From Lama glama (taxonomy: Eukaryota), in assembly GCA_028534125.1 (NCBI GenBank), contig CM052816.1:79610001-79674000 (forward strand): a stretch of 64,000 nucleotides of DNA. Reading direction: 5' to 3'. The notes below the pieces were generated by a model, which saw only the letters and a list, made by a program, of their open reading frames with translations, was not told the origin of the DNA and made no database searches. A program made the position numbers and the translations under genes. Below are positions 50,743-64,000 of this stretch, piece by piece; the stretch's first letter is position 1; each line of letters begins with the position of its first letter.

Positions 50743-51465
50743 TTTTTTATGGGGATGTAATTTACATCTGATAAAATACAAAGACTCTAAAGTGTGTATG
50801 TAGTTGGAGCAGTTTTGCCAGCCAAATGCATATATCTGAGTAACCCACATCTCTATCAAGATATAGAACATTTCCATCACTCCAGAAAATACCCTCATGT
50901 TCCTTTCCAGGCAATTCCACTACCAGAAGCAACCACTGATCCGATTTCTATCACCATAGATTAGTTTTGCCTATTCTGAGTAGCATATAAATGGAATCTT
51001 ACATTATTATGTATAAGAATTCTTTCACTTCTTTCTCATCTTTTTTGAGATTTGTCCATGTCGTTGCTTATATCAGTAGTTCATTTCACTTATTGCTGAG
51101 TCGAATTCTATTACTTGAGTACACTTCAGGTTGTTTATTGATTTTCCTTTATGTGGCTACCTGGACTGTTTCCAATTGGGGCTATCAAGGATAAAGCTGC
51201 TACTAATATTCTTGTAAGGTTTGTTGTGGACATATTTTTCATTTCTTTTGGATAACTAATTACCTAGGGGTGGAATTTTGAGGTCAAAGGATGGGAATAT
51301 GTTGAACTGTTAAGAAACTACCTGCAGTTTTCCAAAGTGGTGGTGCCATTTGACACCCCTACCAGCAATGTGTGAATTTCAGTTGTCCTGTATACCCAGT
51401 AAATGGTGTGGTTACTCTCATTTGGGTCATCGTAGTTGGGTTGTAGTGCTGTCTCATTGTGATGA
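50743..51465 (-). mobile_element. Older L1M (L1MB/ME-like) 3' end
   Basis: taacccacatctctatcaagatatagaacatttccatcactccagaaa...aaccactgatccgatttctatcaccatagattagttttgcc...ttttccaaagtggtggtgccatt. Confidence 0.85.
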
Positions 51466-53892
51466 CTGTTCTCTTTTTCATGAGTACAAATTAATGTTAA
51501 TTTGATTCTGTTCCCCATTTTATGTATCTACCATCTCTTATGTCTTGTATTTCTTTCAGGGAGCACAATGTGGGGCTTCTGTGTTTTAGGGAGTGTCTGA
51601 TTCTGTTTCCTATAGTGTCAGTTTTACCTCTTACTACCTTCAGTGGACATATTATTATTATTATTAATAAGTTCTTTTTTTGCTTCCCTACAATTTCTCC
51701 TTCTTACCCAGCACCTTTTATTTCTTCCTTCCTTTTACCTTATAATGGGTGTCTGTTCTTTTTCACAATATCCTCTATCTACATCAGTTGAGGATGAGAA
51801 ACAGTTTTCTACAATTATCTTTGAGATGATGTTTAACTTGCCTTGTTAGGCACTTTTTCCGCTGGCTCTGCTGTTTATTTTTCATGTTTATGCAGCCTGG
51901 AATGAAAATCAATCTACTTAGACCCAGTATTTGTGAACACATAGCCTATGTGATATGTCAGGCGCATTCTACAAATGAGCCCTGTAGAGATGCGTAAGAC
52001 ATGGTCTCCTGCACTGCATAATTCAAGTTCTTCCTTTGATCTCTACTATTGCCATTTTGGGGACTAGTGAGTTCCAGTCCTTGGAGTTGTGAAGAGTCTC
52101 TTATATTGTTTAAAAATCGTTTGATTCTCATACAGATTTTTTTTTAATCTCTTAGAATTATATCCTTCATGTTTACCAGGAAAGCTTTTGACTCTGGAAT
52201 TATATTGCATTGTTCCATGGGGGCACTGAGACTGGGGAGGTGAAAGTCTTTGAAGAATAACACTAAAAAGCCCAGAAACTTAAGGCTGACCTCAGCACAG
52301 TTCTTAAGGCACTTTGTAGGTACCCTTTGCTATGTACAGTGAAAAATCCCTAAACCTGCTCCCTCAGGAAGTAAGTCTTCCCTCGCTGTAAGATTGAAAA
52401 CATAGCTAAACATTTCATCGTCACTTATGAGTATGTATTATATACTCTCAGCCCAGAATACTTTTCCAATCCAGAAGTAATACAACAAAGCTAAATTCCA
52501 ATCTTCTTTTGAGAGAAGAAGGTTCATATGATTAGCCTTTGAAGTACATATTCCCTAAAATACCATGAAAACATTGTTTCATAAAACGGTGATCCTAAGA
52601 AGCACGTATGTCCTCACCTTAATGATTTTTCTTATCACAAGCAATAAAAATAAGACCTGTGTTGTTCTTTTCATAACCCTCAAAAAATAAATCAATCTTG
52701 ACTTTCTCAATATTGGCTTGCAACACCAAGGTTACCAAACAAAGAGAAAGGTTCAAGGAAAGAAAGATTAACTACCTACCCAAAATATTTAGTATAACAA
52801 TTCTGAGCTTCTGAGAAAGGCTCCAAATGCCTATGTTTGAACACTCAATGAAAAGAGGATCTTTGTTATTAGGAGACTGTATTCAAAAAATTAGCCCCAC
52901 TAATACTTTGTATGAATTATTGCTCTCTTGATGCAGATATTTACACATTATTAGCAAAGCTGCAGTAGACTAGCACAGAGCCCCCATCAGATCTATATTA
53001 ACACCTCCAGCCACTGGTCTATCAACTTTACAAGAATGGTGGACAGTACTTCCCACCACTAATGGATAGAATAGTGTTGGATCCAAAGTTTTGGTACAAC
53101 AGGATGCTCTCTGCCTCCTTTTGATGATTTTAGACCCAACATAATGACTCTTTTCCATGGTAGGACCTCAAGAAATCTTGGTTCCTCATCTCTTTTCTCC
53201 CATTAAGTGGGTCTTGCTAGTTACATACTCAGCAAAATGTCCTGCTGTTCAGGGCTTCTAACGTGGCCACTATCACCTTTGGCATAACCAGATATTTGAT
53301 GGTACCTCAAGATGTTTTTAAACCATAGTTTGCCAAAAGCCCAAGCTCTATAGCACAAGAATCCATTTTCAGTGTTCTGCTGCCTGTAGAAAAGGACAGC
53401 TTAATCTTTCTGAAAGGATTGTTCTCAAACAAGGGAGCATGTGAGGTAATATGTCAACAAGGTAACCTGGAAGATGTGGTTGACTCAGATCCTCTCCTGT
53501 CCCCAGTGCCATTTGGGAGCAGGATCTACCCAGGACACAGCTGACAATGAGAAGTCATCAAGGATTTAGAACATGTTTAAGAAGGCCAAGAATGGGATCA
53601 TTGTACAACGCCCCCCATTCGATTGTCAGAGAACAGATGCTCCATTAACAGAGGAATTTCCACTGATACTTTCAAGTACACAAAGTAATTGCCACTTGAA
53701 TGGCTTTTCAGGCTTTCAGAGGAGTGTAGGAGTAGCCTAAGGCTCTGCTGCATTCATGTCTTTAGTCAAGGTTTTATTCTTAGTACATCTTGTATTATTA
53801 GTTTATTTTCAAACAGATGCCCTCACATATTTTTCTAACATAGAACAGAGCCGTATTATAGTCACCATTCTTAAGAGCTTACATAAAATATA

Positions 53893-54290
53893 TTCATTTA
53901 TCCTCTCAGTCATTTTGCAATCAATTCTTGCTTGCCCACAATATTGGATACTGTGCTAGGCTCCAGTATGAACCAGATGACCATTCTCTGCCTTCAAAAA
54001 GCACACAGTTTAGTGGAGGAGAGAGTCATAATATGGTAACTGGCGGGAGTAGGGGCAGTTTTTCAACCAGGAGGAAGAGAGTAAGGAGGAGATTCTGTAG
54101 AGGAAATAGCACACACAAACTGACAGTGATTCACATGTCCTTGATATTTTGGGCAATTGCAAACAGTCAGACAGGTATAACATACAGAAAAGAAGTAGTA
54201 AGTGACAGTAAATGTAGTTAAAAAACTAGATTGGGGTCAGATTGTAATGGACTTTGAATACTGTGCTAAGTGGTTTGATCTACAATTTGG
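53893..54290 (-). mobile_element. L2 fragment
   Basis: gatactgtgctaggctcc...tctctgccttcaaaaagcacacagtttagtggaggaga...ggggtcagattgtaatggactttgaatactgtgctaag. Confidence 0.65.
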
Positions 54291-54439
54291 AGTCACAGTT
54301 AGTAGAAGACTTGTAGTCAGGTCTCTTGATGCAGAGGCTTGGTGTTCTCTGCTAGATAACACTCATCTCTCCAAATGCTAGTGACCACCACACCAGATTT
54401 GGCTAGTGATCACCCAATGGAAATACATAAATTACCTTC

Positions 54440-54570
54440 TAGAAGCAATAGGTGAATTCTCTTATTATTATCTCCCTCTTACAGATGAGGAAACTAAAGC
54501 AAAAGAAGCTAAGTAACGCATCCAGGGTCACACAACTAGTTAGGTGATCCCAGAGTCTGAAGTATTAGCT
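54440..54570 (-). mobile_element. MIR fragment
   Basis: ttattattatctccctcttacagatgaggaaactaaagc...aagtaacgcatccagggtcacacaactagt. Confidence 0.8.
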
Positions 54571-55334
54571 CCAACACTTCATCTTCTCTTGATCTAGAGA
54601 TCTTTATGCCTTTGTCTCTGGTCTGCTGATGCTAATGTCTGCAAGTAAAGGCTGCCTTCCAGAACAGAATTGATAACTGACCAATTGTGAAATAAAAAGG
54701 ATGATGAATATACAGGTCATGGGGTCAAGGAATGAAGGATAATCCCTCATTGTGTCCCCAAACATCTTTTTCTTTACCCTCTCATGGCTGTTTGATACCA
54801 GATATCTGGAACTGGGCCACCTTGTTCTGTTAAGGGCAAAGAAGTAACAGAAAAGTCTTAAAGGAATGTAAACAGATTTGAGGAGACCCCTAAGCTGCTA
54901 CAAATACTGAAATTATATTTGCTACCCAAAACACTGTAAAAGGCTGAAAATCTAAGAGACATATTATGTGCCAGATAGATTTTGGTTGTTTGGTTTTGTT
55001 TAAATATTCAGGGAATGAATAGAAGAGACATTGGAGTATAAGCTGAAGTCAGAGCAGGACAGACAGGTCCTGCAAGTATTTCTCTTTATGCATCGATATT
55101 ACTAATACCCAGACAGGCCTTAGGGCTGTCTTCTTACTTTGCACTTACCAAAAGAGTAGAAGATCATTTTCCTTGGAAGCCCAGATGTAAAATATACTCT
55201 TATAACATGACTCAAACTTTATGATTTTACAGATCATCGACTGTATTCCCAAGATCTATAGGTTTTCATTACCTTACTAACAATTAGTATTTGCTGGAAG
55301 TTCATCATCAAAGATTTCTTGTGTGGGAGGAGGT

Positions 55335-55595
55335 CAAATTACTTTAAAGGCTAGAACCAGAACAATGGGAATTGTCTCAGCAGGACACATCTAGCAACAT
55401 AAAGAAGAGCTTTCAGATTAACTAGTAGTGTGATACATTGCAACTACTACGCGAAACCCTGATGTCCCTTTCCCCAGAAGTGTTTGAGCAGAGGTTGGAT
55501 AATTATTGGAAGTCGGTGCTAAGGTGGAGTAAGAGCATGATGTCTGAGGCTAGACTGGAATGCTCTCTGAAGGTTTCTCTAGCTCTGAAGTATGA
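55335..55595 (+). mobile_element. L3/CR1 3' end
   Basis: agaaccagaacaatggga...aacataaagaagagctttc...tccccagaagtgtttgagcagaggttggataa...ctctgaaggtttctctagctctgaag. Confidence 0.7.
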
Positions 55596-57339
55596 AAAAA
55601 TTTACAAGCACTGGCCAGCCCCAAGACCTTCATGTTCTGTTTTAGCATGCTCACCCATATGGGAAAGAATATTCAGTCCACTTTTTAGAAGTAGTTGTCA
55701 TCTTCATGTTTATTTTTATATTTCTGAAATTTTAGTACTTTGAATTACATGTGTATGTTATTTATATATCTGTATTTGTATGTGGCAAACACCTTTAATA
55801 GAATTTCATTAATCCTCTGATCATGTTTACAGAGTAGAACATGGAGAGGTATTTCTGTGGATTATACTGTAGATAAAGAACCTGGGGTGCAACATCCTTC
55901 CACATCCTCTTGTCTCTAGTGCTGGTTGCTAATGGCCCTTTGGATAGAGTCCTTTATTTTAGATGTGGACATTGTGTTCCCAGTTTTAAATATAATAAAA
56001 ATTCCTTAAGGAAGGGGGCCATGGGGCATTTGGGTAGCTTTCATGGAGAGATTTGCTCTTTTGTTTTGTTACCCTAGAATGCATTGTTGATAATCCAGGA
56101 TCCCCCTTCCTTGCATGTGGCTAACGTTTAAGAAGCACATGTGAAATTGAGTTTTTATACTAGGAGTCTCCCAATTTCTTGGGTCAGAGCAAAAGGAGAC
56201 TATGCATTGTTTACATTTGATGAAGCAGCCACAAGTCCGAGTGTCCCAATAGCAAGACAAATTTCAGACAACGTGATGTTACTAGTAGTAACATGACGAA
56301 AACAACAAAATAAATGTGCGTGGGTGACTAAATAGCACTTCTCGCCATGAATCAGCTCTCACCTGGGTCGAATGAGATATTTCTTAGAAGTATGTGCCAA
56401 ACTGAATCAGTACTTGTTGCCTTAGGGAGGCTGTATAAAGCAGAGATAACTGGTAGATTAAAAAGAGGGTTGGTTTTCTCTTTGCCATGTTGAGAGGTAG
56501 TAATGATGGTTTGGCTAGACCCTGCTGGAGAGCCTAAAAAAAGATTTGATGCCTTCTACTTGGAAATGAGCTCAACTGAAGAGTCAGCTTCTTTCTGTTT
56601 TGGCTTCTCTTCTACAGGAAATCTCGCTTGAGGATCAATTACACATTTTGGGGGATCATGGTTTTGCAAGAGAGTGGGCCATGTTCTCCCAAGTCAATGA
56701 CTTCCCCAAGATCTGAATATCTTCTTACAACTGCCAAAATTCCTGACGCATCTTGGTAGACACGAGATCAAGTAAGCCCACTCCCTAGGGCCTGTCTGTG
56801 TTTCATGCCAGCACAGGTCTTATCTCTTGCCATAAAGTTTCTTTGGCAGGACTCATTAGTCATTCTTCAGGCTATTAACTTAGGCGAACACACAGCAGTA
56901 CCAGCTGCCCTTCTGTTTCACTGCTGAGATGACCCCCACAACATTGGCCAAAAAATGTGCCAACTCTGCAGAAAATTCCACCCCTTTTTTTTGAATCCAG
57001 CCAGTTATCACTTCTGCCCTTTCATCTTACTCCCTTGCTCCAAAGCAGTGCTTCGTGTGCTTATGCCACTCTCTGACCTTCTCAAGATGGCACCAGGAGA
57101 GTGAGCGATTGAATGCCTGTCTCTGTTCTATGCAGCTTCCCTGAGTCACAAAAGATGGGTCCAAGTTTTCAGCTCCTCTTGTGAGACAGAAGGTTCTTCA
57201 ACGACATACTTCATTGTTAACACATGGAGAAGAAGTAGAGAAGGTTTGCAGCAGGTGGATTGCTGCTCACTTCTACACACTGCTTTTCTCTGCAGAGGAC
57301 TTCCAGGGGGTTTTATTTTTCATTCCATTCTCCCAGTGA

Positions 57340-57970
57340 CTCAAGGGGACCTACATTATTAGCCTCATTTTTCGTACATGAAGAGACTAAGTCACAGCAG
57401 TGATGTGGCATGCCATGGCCACGTGGCTGAGAAACAGCCAGGCCAGGGCTCGGACTCTGGTCTTCTGACAGAGCCACGTCCTGGGCTCTGTATTCTACTC
57501 CACGACTGCCTTCCCAGTTGCAGGAAGGGAATCAAAGCCTGCAAGGATAAATAATGACAGCAATAGTCGTAAAATGATTCATTGATATTTTTAGCTCTTG
57601 CTCTGTGCTAGGTAGCACATGCATTACTTTATATGCATTATTACTTCTCCTCTTCATCGTTTCTCAGGGCTATCATTATTATCCCCACTGAAAGAGAAAA
57701 CTGGGTTTCAGAGAACATAAGCGACTTGGTCAAAGTTATATATTGGTACAGACTGAGTCTATCTCCAGACCTGGGTGTTAAGCCATGGAATTTGCTAGTA
57801 TCAAAAAGCTAAACCCTGAGAGAAGCAGCAGGACTTCGAGAAGGGCGAAAGGTCTGAGTTTGAGTTCTAACTGCTTCTGTACATCTGTGTGATCTTAGGC
57901 ATGTCTGTTCATCCTTCAGGCTCTTGGCTTCTTGTTATAAAATAGGGCTGCGGTTATTTGGCCTGATATC
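57340..57970. mobile_element. Cluster of three MIR fragments (two minus, one plus)
   Basis: attattagcctcattttt...agactaag; ctctgtgctagg...attattatccccactg...gacttggtcaaag; tgtgtgatcttaggcatgtc...tataaaataggg. Confidence 0.6.
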
Positions 57971-58439
57971 TCACCACAGAGGATCCATCAGACTGGATAT
58001 GCCTGGGGTCTCCCTAAACTGAACAGCATGAAGGCAAGGTGTTGTCCTTAGTGTCAGAGCTGAGACTGCAGCCCTGGTGTCCTGACACCTCACAGCAGTG
58101 CCCAGAAGGTTTGGGCTCTTCCCTCAGACCCGGGCTCCCTCCACAGCTGCCAGACCAGCTTAGTGAAGAAAACAGCTTTGTTCTTAGAGAATGTGTCCGT
58201 AAGAGTTATCTCCCTTTCCTTAGAGTATAAAAACCTCATGTCAAGTGTATTTTTGAGCATCCTCTCATTGGCTGCTGGGCATAGCGGTTGTCAGTCAGCA
58301 AACCAAGTGGACAGAGTCACTGCCCTGAGGATTTTTATCTTCTGAGAATGACTAGCCCTAGAGTAAACAGGGCTTTCAGAGGGAAGGTCCTGGGGCAGCC
58401 TGTGGCTGAGACAGAATTGATTTGTTCTTATGTTCAAGG

Positions 58440-58615
58440 TCATTGACTGTCACGAGAGCTGCCATCTACCATGTGCCTCCTGTGGGATGTGTGCACTAAG
58501 TGTATAATTTCTAAACCTCACCATAGCCCCATGAAGGATGTTTATTTCCATTTCACAAAAGGAGAAAGCGAGACTCTGGGAGACCTGCCCAGGACCTCAG
58601 AGCTAGCCAGTTTCA
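58440..58615 (-). mobile_element. MIR fragment
   Basis: ctaccatgtgcc...atttctaaacctcaccatagccccatga...ccatttcacaaaaggagaaagcgagactc...acctgcccaggacctcagagctag. Confidence 0.7.
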
Positions 58616-61600
58616 CACTGGTCTCCCTCCTCTGTCCTCCGTTCCATGTCACCTACACAACCAACTGTTTTCAGAGCGCCACCCTCTCCTCATCCAGTGC
58701 CACCATTCTTTTCTCACTGATCGTGAGAACCACTCAGGGCTTGGAGGACCGAGCAGACAGGAAAGAAAGTCTGCCTTTTATAAAACTCATATCCCCACTT
58801 CGGGCCAAGACTGGGCTATGACCAACCCCAACTCTTGCTTTTTTTGGAGGGAGGGGGCTGGTTTATCAAAGCCTTCACTTCTCTTATATTCATTTAGCCT
58901 TGGGTTTCTATTTAGTTATGGTAATAGATACATTTTTGGAAATTTTAATGCCTCAGAGTACAAATTTGGAATTTATAGGGGAGAAGGAAGCTACAAAATG
59001 TAGCCTGGGAATTGAAATACACAAAATATTCATTTTAAGTCTCATTTGCAGGTCTACAATCACCTTCTTTTGGAATTTCAAAATGGGTTACATGGCTAGC
59101 GCATTGCTCATGTAATAACCAGGTTTCATTTAGAGAATTATAATAGGTAAAATGTAAAGGAGGAGAACGTGTCTTAAGTGACTTGTCTTTTTTCAATTTT
59201 TTCAATTTTTGAAGGAAAGTTGTCAGAAGACACTTTTTAAAAATTTCCCTAAAATTCCATCTCCTTTAAGGTAAATTTATAGCTGTAAAAATGACACCTG
59301 AAACCCTTTCTGTCATAACTCTAATCACAGGAGATTAGTGGGAATGGTGATTATTTCTAGCCATTTGGTCTTCCTTTCAGACAATTTTTCAACCAAACAC
59401 GTTGTCTCTCTCACAGTCATAACCACTGTCACATCTCTGATATCGGAAACTGAAAATGTCCACAAATGACACAGCCTGGCTTAGGGGAGAAAAGGAAGAG
59501 GATCTGTAGCAAATTCTGTCTTTTGGCTGGTCTTGCATTTGTCCTGTAGAATTGCTTTACACCGAAGAAAAAGCCCATTGACTTGTGAACCGTATGAACC
59601 TCTGTAAGGTTTTGGTGAGGTTAAGGGGCCTGAGGGCTACTTGTCTAGGCATCTTCTCTTACTTCTCCTGCTTCTGAGAAAAAGAAGCTCTATTCCAGGG
59701 CTGGAGCTTCCTGCCAAGGGACCCTGCTTTCTTTGTGGCCGGCTCTGGGGAGAACCAGGAACCCAGCCTGGAGGGGACAACCAAGGGCACAGGCGGATGA
59801 CACGTAGTCAGCTCCATTGAACTTAGCTGTTGTTTTTGTGATGCTGGTTGTGATGTAGGGCACAGGCTTCAAAGGGGACAGATCGGCTGGCTGTAGCGAA
59901 GGTTGTAGGCTTCTTATCATAGGCAGATCGTCGCACTAACAAGTTACCTGTGGAGTGTGTCTGCAGTTCCCTGAGGACACCACGCTTGGAGCTGCTGTAA
60001 ACACAGTCCATGTGACTGATTTTATAACCCAAACCACGTAGGTGTTACATACTTTTCAATGGCAAAGAAGAGGCAGGGAAGAAAGAGGGAAAAAAAGACC
60101 ACATGGTGGAGTTTAGTAACGAAAGCAAAGCAGGAAACCAAAAGAATATTTCTTTCAGCAACCAAAATAGTTTTCTTTTTAGAGAACCACTGTCTCCTAC
60201 TTAACCACAAATAACCAAAATGAAATTAAGATTAAAAGGCCAGTTTACTAAAGAGCAGGGGCAAGGAAATTAGAGTCAGGAATCCGGGCTCTAATCTTTG
60301 GGAAGGAGAGTGGCAAAGAGCAGTTGAAAAGGCCAGCGTCCGCTGGATGAAATAAAAAGAAACTGTCGTAAGCATCCTGCAGAAACACGCCTTTTGTCCG
60401 ATGCCAGGGAAACCCATTGAAGGGCATCAGCTTTGCAGCTTCACTAGGGCCTGGAAGAATACGCCGTAGAGTCAAGGGCATAATATCACAGTGTTCTGTT
60501 CGCTTACTTTGGCAGGTGTAAGACAGCTTTACAAAGCCATTCTCTGATAGGGCCTGGGGCTGGCACCCTTTGAGCAGGAGAAGGAAATCCTTCTCTAGGA
60601 CAAGATTATCTCAAGCTACCTGCTCTCAGGGGAGCCCTGAGATGTCTGCCGGAGGAGTATAAAATGTGTCAGCATCATTGCCCAGTTCCCCAGAGAGCTG
60701 GGCTACAAATAGGTCGCTCTGTCATCGGGGGATCTGAAGGGAGGGTGAAGAATGTTGTAAGAGGGACTGACGGGCTGCCTAGAGAAATGGTCCCATCAGC
60801 ATCTATAGCAGAACAGCCCAGACTGCTCCACTGTCCTCAGGGCAGGTCTCAGAGGCTGCTTTTCCCGCTTGCCAGGACGGGCATTGCTCCTTCAGCTCAC
60901 AAGCTCAGGCCTCACACCCTTTCCTGCCTGAGGAGCACCCTCGGAGATGCGAGGTGGCAAACCACATGGTCAGGGACCCCTGAACGTGGCCTCTGAGGAG
61001 CTTTTCTCTGGTCCACACACCAAGTAAGGCTGCGTGCTGTGAGCAGCACTCCCTGGTGACGGAGGCTTCCCAGAGTGGGTGGGTCTCCACTGCTGGCGAG
61101 CGTGCTCTCTCAGGGATGCTGCCAGGTTAGTTGGCTGGTCTACCTTGAGTCTCCACCCAGACTTACACCCTGTAGGGCCTTCTCTCCAGCCTCAAAGACT
61201 GAAAGTACATGAGGAGGGGCCAGGCAGCTGTGGTTACAAGTGACAGACAGAAAAAGCTGAGCGGATAAGGGCAAGACCTATGTAGACTCAGCGAGGGGTA
61301 CATGGGCTGAGTCTTAATCAATCACCTGCGCCCTCATCATTCACCGGAGTTGATGGCTCCCAGATCTGAGCCATGAGGGAACCCCCCCGCCAAGGGGAAG
61401 CCAGGCAGTTGGATAGACCTGGGGAAGCAGCCAGAAGGGGAGGAGTCAGCCCCACAGCTGATGAATGTACAAAGCAAGAAAAAAAGAAAACCCAAAACGG
61501 TTGTAGCTTCCAACACTTCTGAATGAGCCTGTGAATCCCTACAGGTGCTGGAGCAAAGCTCACGGGGAGAACTGGCCTCAGCCTTTTCCCTTCCCACTTG

Positions 61601-63644
61601 GGACAGTTTAGTTCTCACCATGGCTGAAGTTCTTGGCAAATGGATCAATCTTGGATATTAAAAAAAAAATGTTGAGGTCAAAGGAAAGTGGTTCCCAGAA
61701 TTCTACACGCCTGACCCCAAGACCCATTCCCTCCAGGGAGGTCCTGACCAGCCTTCAGTTGGTCTGTTTGCAGATGCACTCGAGTGTCCTTCCCTGGCCT
61801 TTGGGCCACTGCCCAGGCTCCCAGGCAGGAGCTGCGAGCCTCCCTCCTGCACTGCGGTGCTCCTGGGTAGCCTGGGAGACCGAGGATCATCTCAGCAGAA
61901 ACCATCTTCACGAGGAAGTGAGCCCCACTAGCTACAGCTTTGTCCTGCTTGTGTTCTCTGAGGTCCCAGCCTTCCCCCTGCCCTACATGTCCTTCTAACC
62001 CACCTCCAGAGAGCATTTCTCTCTTCCGTGCAAGACTCTTTCACCTTCAGGCAAAATAGGCCAAGCCCAAACCAGTTTCACATTTCAGAGTGTGGTTTTG
62101 TAAGAACCTCCAACTAGGGGAGTCATCAGCAACCTTTCCAAAGGAACAAAGGACCTCTCTCCTCCCAAATGCCATCACGAGGCCTTCCTTTGGTGGCCAG
62201 AGCCATGAACACAACCAGAACACACTGGGCATTTCTACTCTGATGAGCAAAACCCAGTTACTGCTTTTTTCTGTTTTTCCTTCAAGGATCCAGGGACTGG
62301 CCGCTGCTCACGCCCACTGCGGGGGGCCTGCTCCCTTGGCTGACTTCTGCTGGTGGGAGGAAGGAATAAGGCTCAAGGGTGCAAGGAGATGTTTCTCCTC
62401 GGGGGAGCTGGTCTTAAGAGAATTCCTTCAAGAGTCTCAGTTGGCCATAAACATCCCTAAATGTGCTTGCTCATTAAAGAAGCCCCCTTTGTCCATGTGT
62501 GTCCAGTCTCTGAGCAGGCAGACGGCCTGTGAATGAGAACTTCTAAGAAAGTAAGACTGTTCATTCCTTCACCCACTTTGGTTTTTTCTCCATTTAATTT
62601 CCTCTCTTCACTTCCTTCCTTTTATCCTGCCACATTCCCGTCACCTCCCAGAAAACGTCTTGCCTCCTCCCTGCCTTCAGGATTGGATTGAGCTCAGACT
62701 TCTCCACTTGGCCTGCCTTGGAGCGTGGGCTCAGTTTCGAACCGCTGAATGTAGTGTCAGAATGAGCCATTCTCTTGGTCTTTCTCCGTGCCCGTATTTC
62801 ACAGGAGTGGATGGACTGCTTTTTCTGGAAACTCGAGGCTTAGTGCTTTCCTTCAAAATCAGCGTGTACTTTTCGCTCAGAACCTGTTAAAGCATAGGGT
62901 CCTCTCCCCGACCCCACACCCCCAGCCAGACCCAGCAGACGCACGTGAGCAAGCCTTCCCCTGACCCCAAGCTCTGACCCTTGGAACCTGCAGAAGCAAA
63001 GTGTGCTCTCGTGTTTTTCAGCAGAGATTGTCTTGTCCGCCTTATCCCCACAACTGAATAATGATTAACAACCCTCCGTACTTTAATATGGAGATAAATT
63101 ATTAACAGTGAGCTGTGCCTTGTCCCAGGTTGTAAAAAGATGACTGTTAGAGTCCCCGTATTCTCCTTGTCAAGGCAGGAAACGTGGAGGACAACGTCAT
63201 CTCAGGCCACTGGCCTCTAAGACTCAAAGATGTGGCGGGCTCCAGTCAGGAGTGGGAGCGGGGTAACAGACAGCAGCAAGGCCACAGGTGAGAGACTTGC
63301 CATTTTCTTTGTCAGTTTTGTTTCTTCCCTTTGGCTTTTCTCTTCTGGACTGGGAACAGGCAGGAGGCACGGACTATGATTACGATCTCAACGGCTGCAT
63401 AGAAGTCTTAGGGAAAGGTCCGTGTTTTAAGAAGAGATGGACAAGGAGATGGGAATGGGACCATAATGACCAATGTGAGGGCCCACTCGAGACCTCCGGG
63501 GTTCCAGGGAGAAAATGTGGGCCTGGCCTGGGGGCGGAGATGAAGAGACCAGCAAGATGACACGGCAGCAGAGTCATGTGACAGACCAGTCCCGGGAGTG
63601 TGGGAAGGGGGAGCCACAGATGGTGGAGGCAAGGATGCATTGTA

Positions 63645-63697
63645 TCAATGTTGTGTTAGTTTCTGGTGAACAGCAATGTGATTCAGTTATATGTGTA

Positions 63698-63738
<41 letters not shown>

Positions 63739-64000
63739 TTACATACATATTCTTTTTCATATTCTTTTCTATTATAGGTTATTACAAAATATTGAATACA
63801 GTTCCCTATGCTATACAGGAGGTCCTTGCTGATTATCTGTTTTACGTAAAGTAGTGTGTATACGTTAATCCCAAACTCCTAACTTATCAGTGCCCCCTCT
63901 TTCCCCTTTGGTAAATGTAAGGTTGTTTTCTATATCTGTGAGTCTATTTTCTGTTTTATAAATAAGTTCATTTGTCTCTTTTTTTAGATTCCACATGTAA
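63645..64000 (-). mobile_element. Young L1 3' UTR containing a (TG)n(TA)n microsatellite; runs off the window end
   Basis: caatgttgtgttagtttctggtgaacagcaatgtgattcagttat...ttataggttattacaaaatattgaatacagttccctatgctatacag...aataagttcatttgtc...tagattccacat. Confidence 0.92.

Noticed and set aside
61225..62085. Possible decayed MLT1 LTR
   Set aside because: Only short motif resemblance (gttacaagtgacaga); boundaries cannot be supported.
60664..63640. Cluster of 100-148 aa ORFs in the GC-richer end
   Set aside because: They overlap on both strands, have no recognisable domains, and are expected from lower stop-codon frequency.
1..64000. Window-wide enrichment of AP-1 motifs
   Set aside because: About a dozen seen against about 8 expected for a 7-mer on two strands under uniform composition; not convincing without a proper background.

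Overview
Mammalian, repeat-rich, apparently non-coding DNA (intergenic or deep intronic). It is AT-rich and CpG-depleted, and GC content rises after about 59.5 kb. There are two assembly gaps (100 N at 20551-20650 and 500 N at 32351-32850). I recognise no host protein-coding gene, RNA gene or prokaryotic-type system. The only ORFs with recognisable homology are broken pieces of LINE-1 ORF2 and Tigger1 transposase. The window holds about 10 younger L1 3' ends, older L1M fragments, L2, MIR, CR1/L3, three ERV LTR regions, an MLT1 LTR, hAT elements (MER3, MER33, MER5, MER58A, MER91A) and a ~2 kb Tigger1. The young L1 3' UTRs resemble camelid (Camelus/Vicugna) L1 as I recall them, and I saw no Alu, B1, Bov-A or PRE1, so a camelid origin is my inference. 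Repeat family names come from remembered consensus sequences, not from a database search. The most interesting observations are a 22-bp tailless tRNA/SINE-head insertion between target-site duplications (TSDs), CpG retention on both sides of the 500-N gap (possible hidden promoter), a 5'-inverted L1, an ~84-bp triplication at a CR1 edge, and several enhancer-like motif clusters and candidate non-coding exons. I found no convincing novel biological system.
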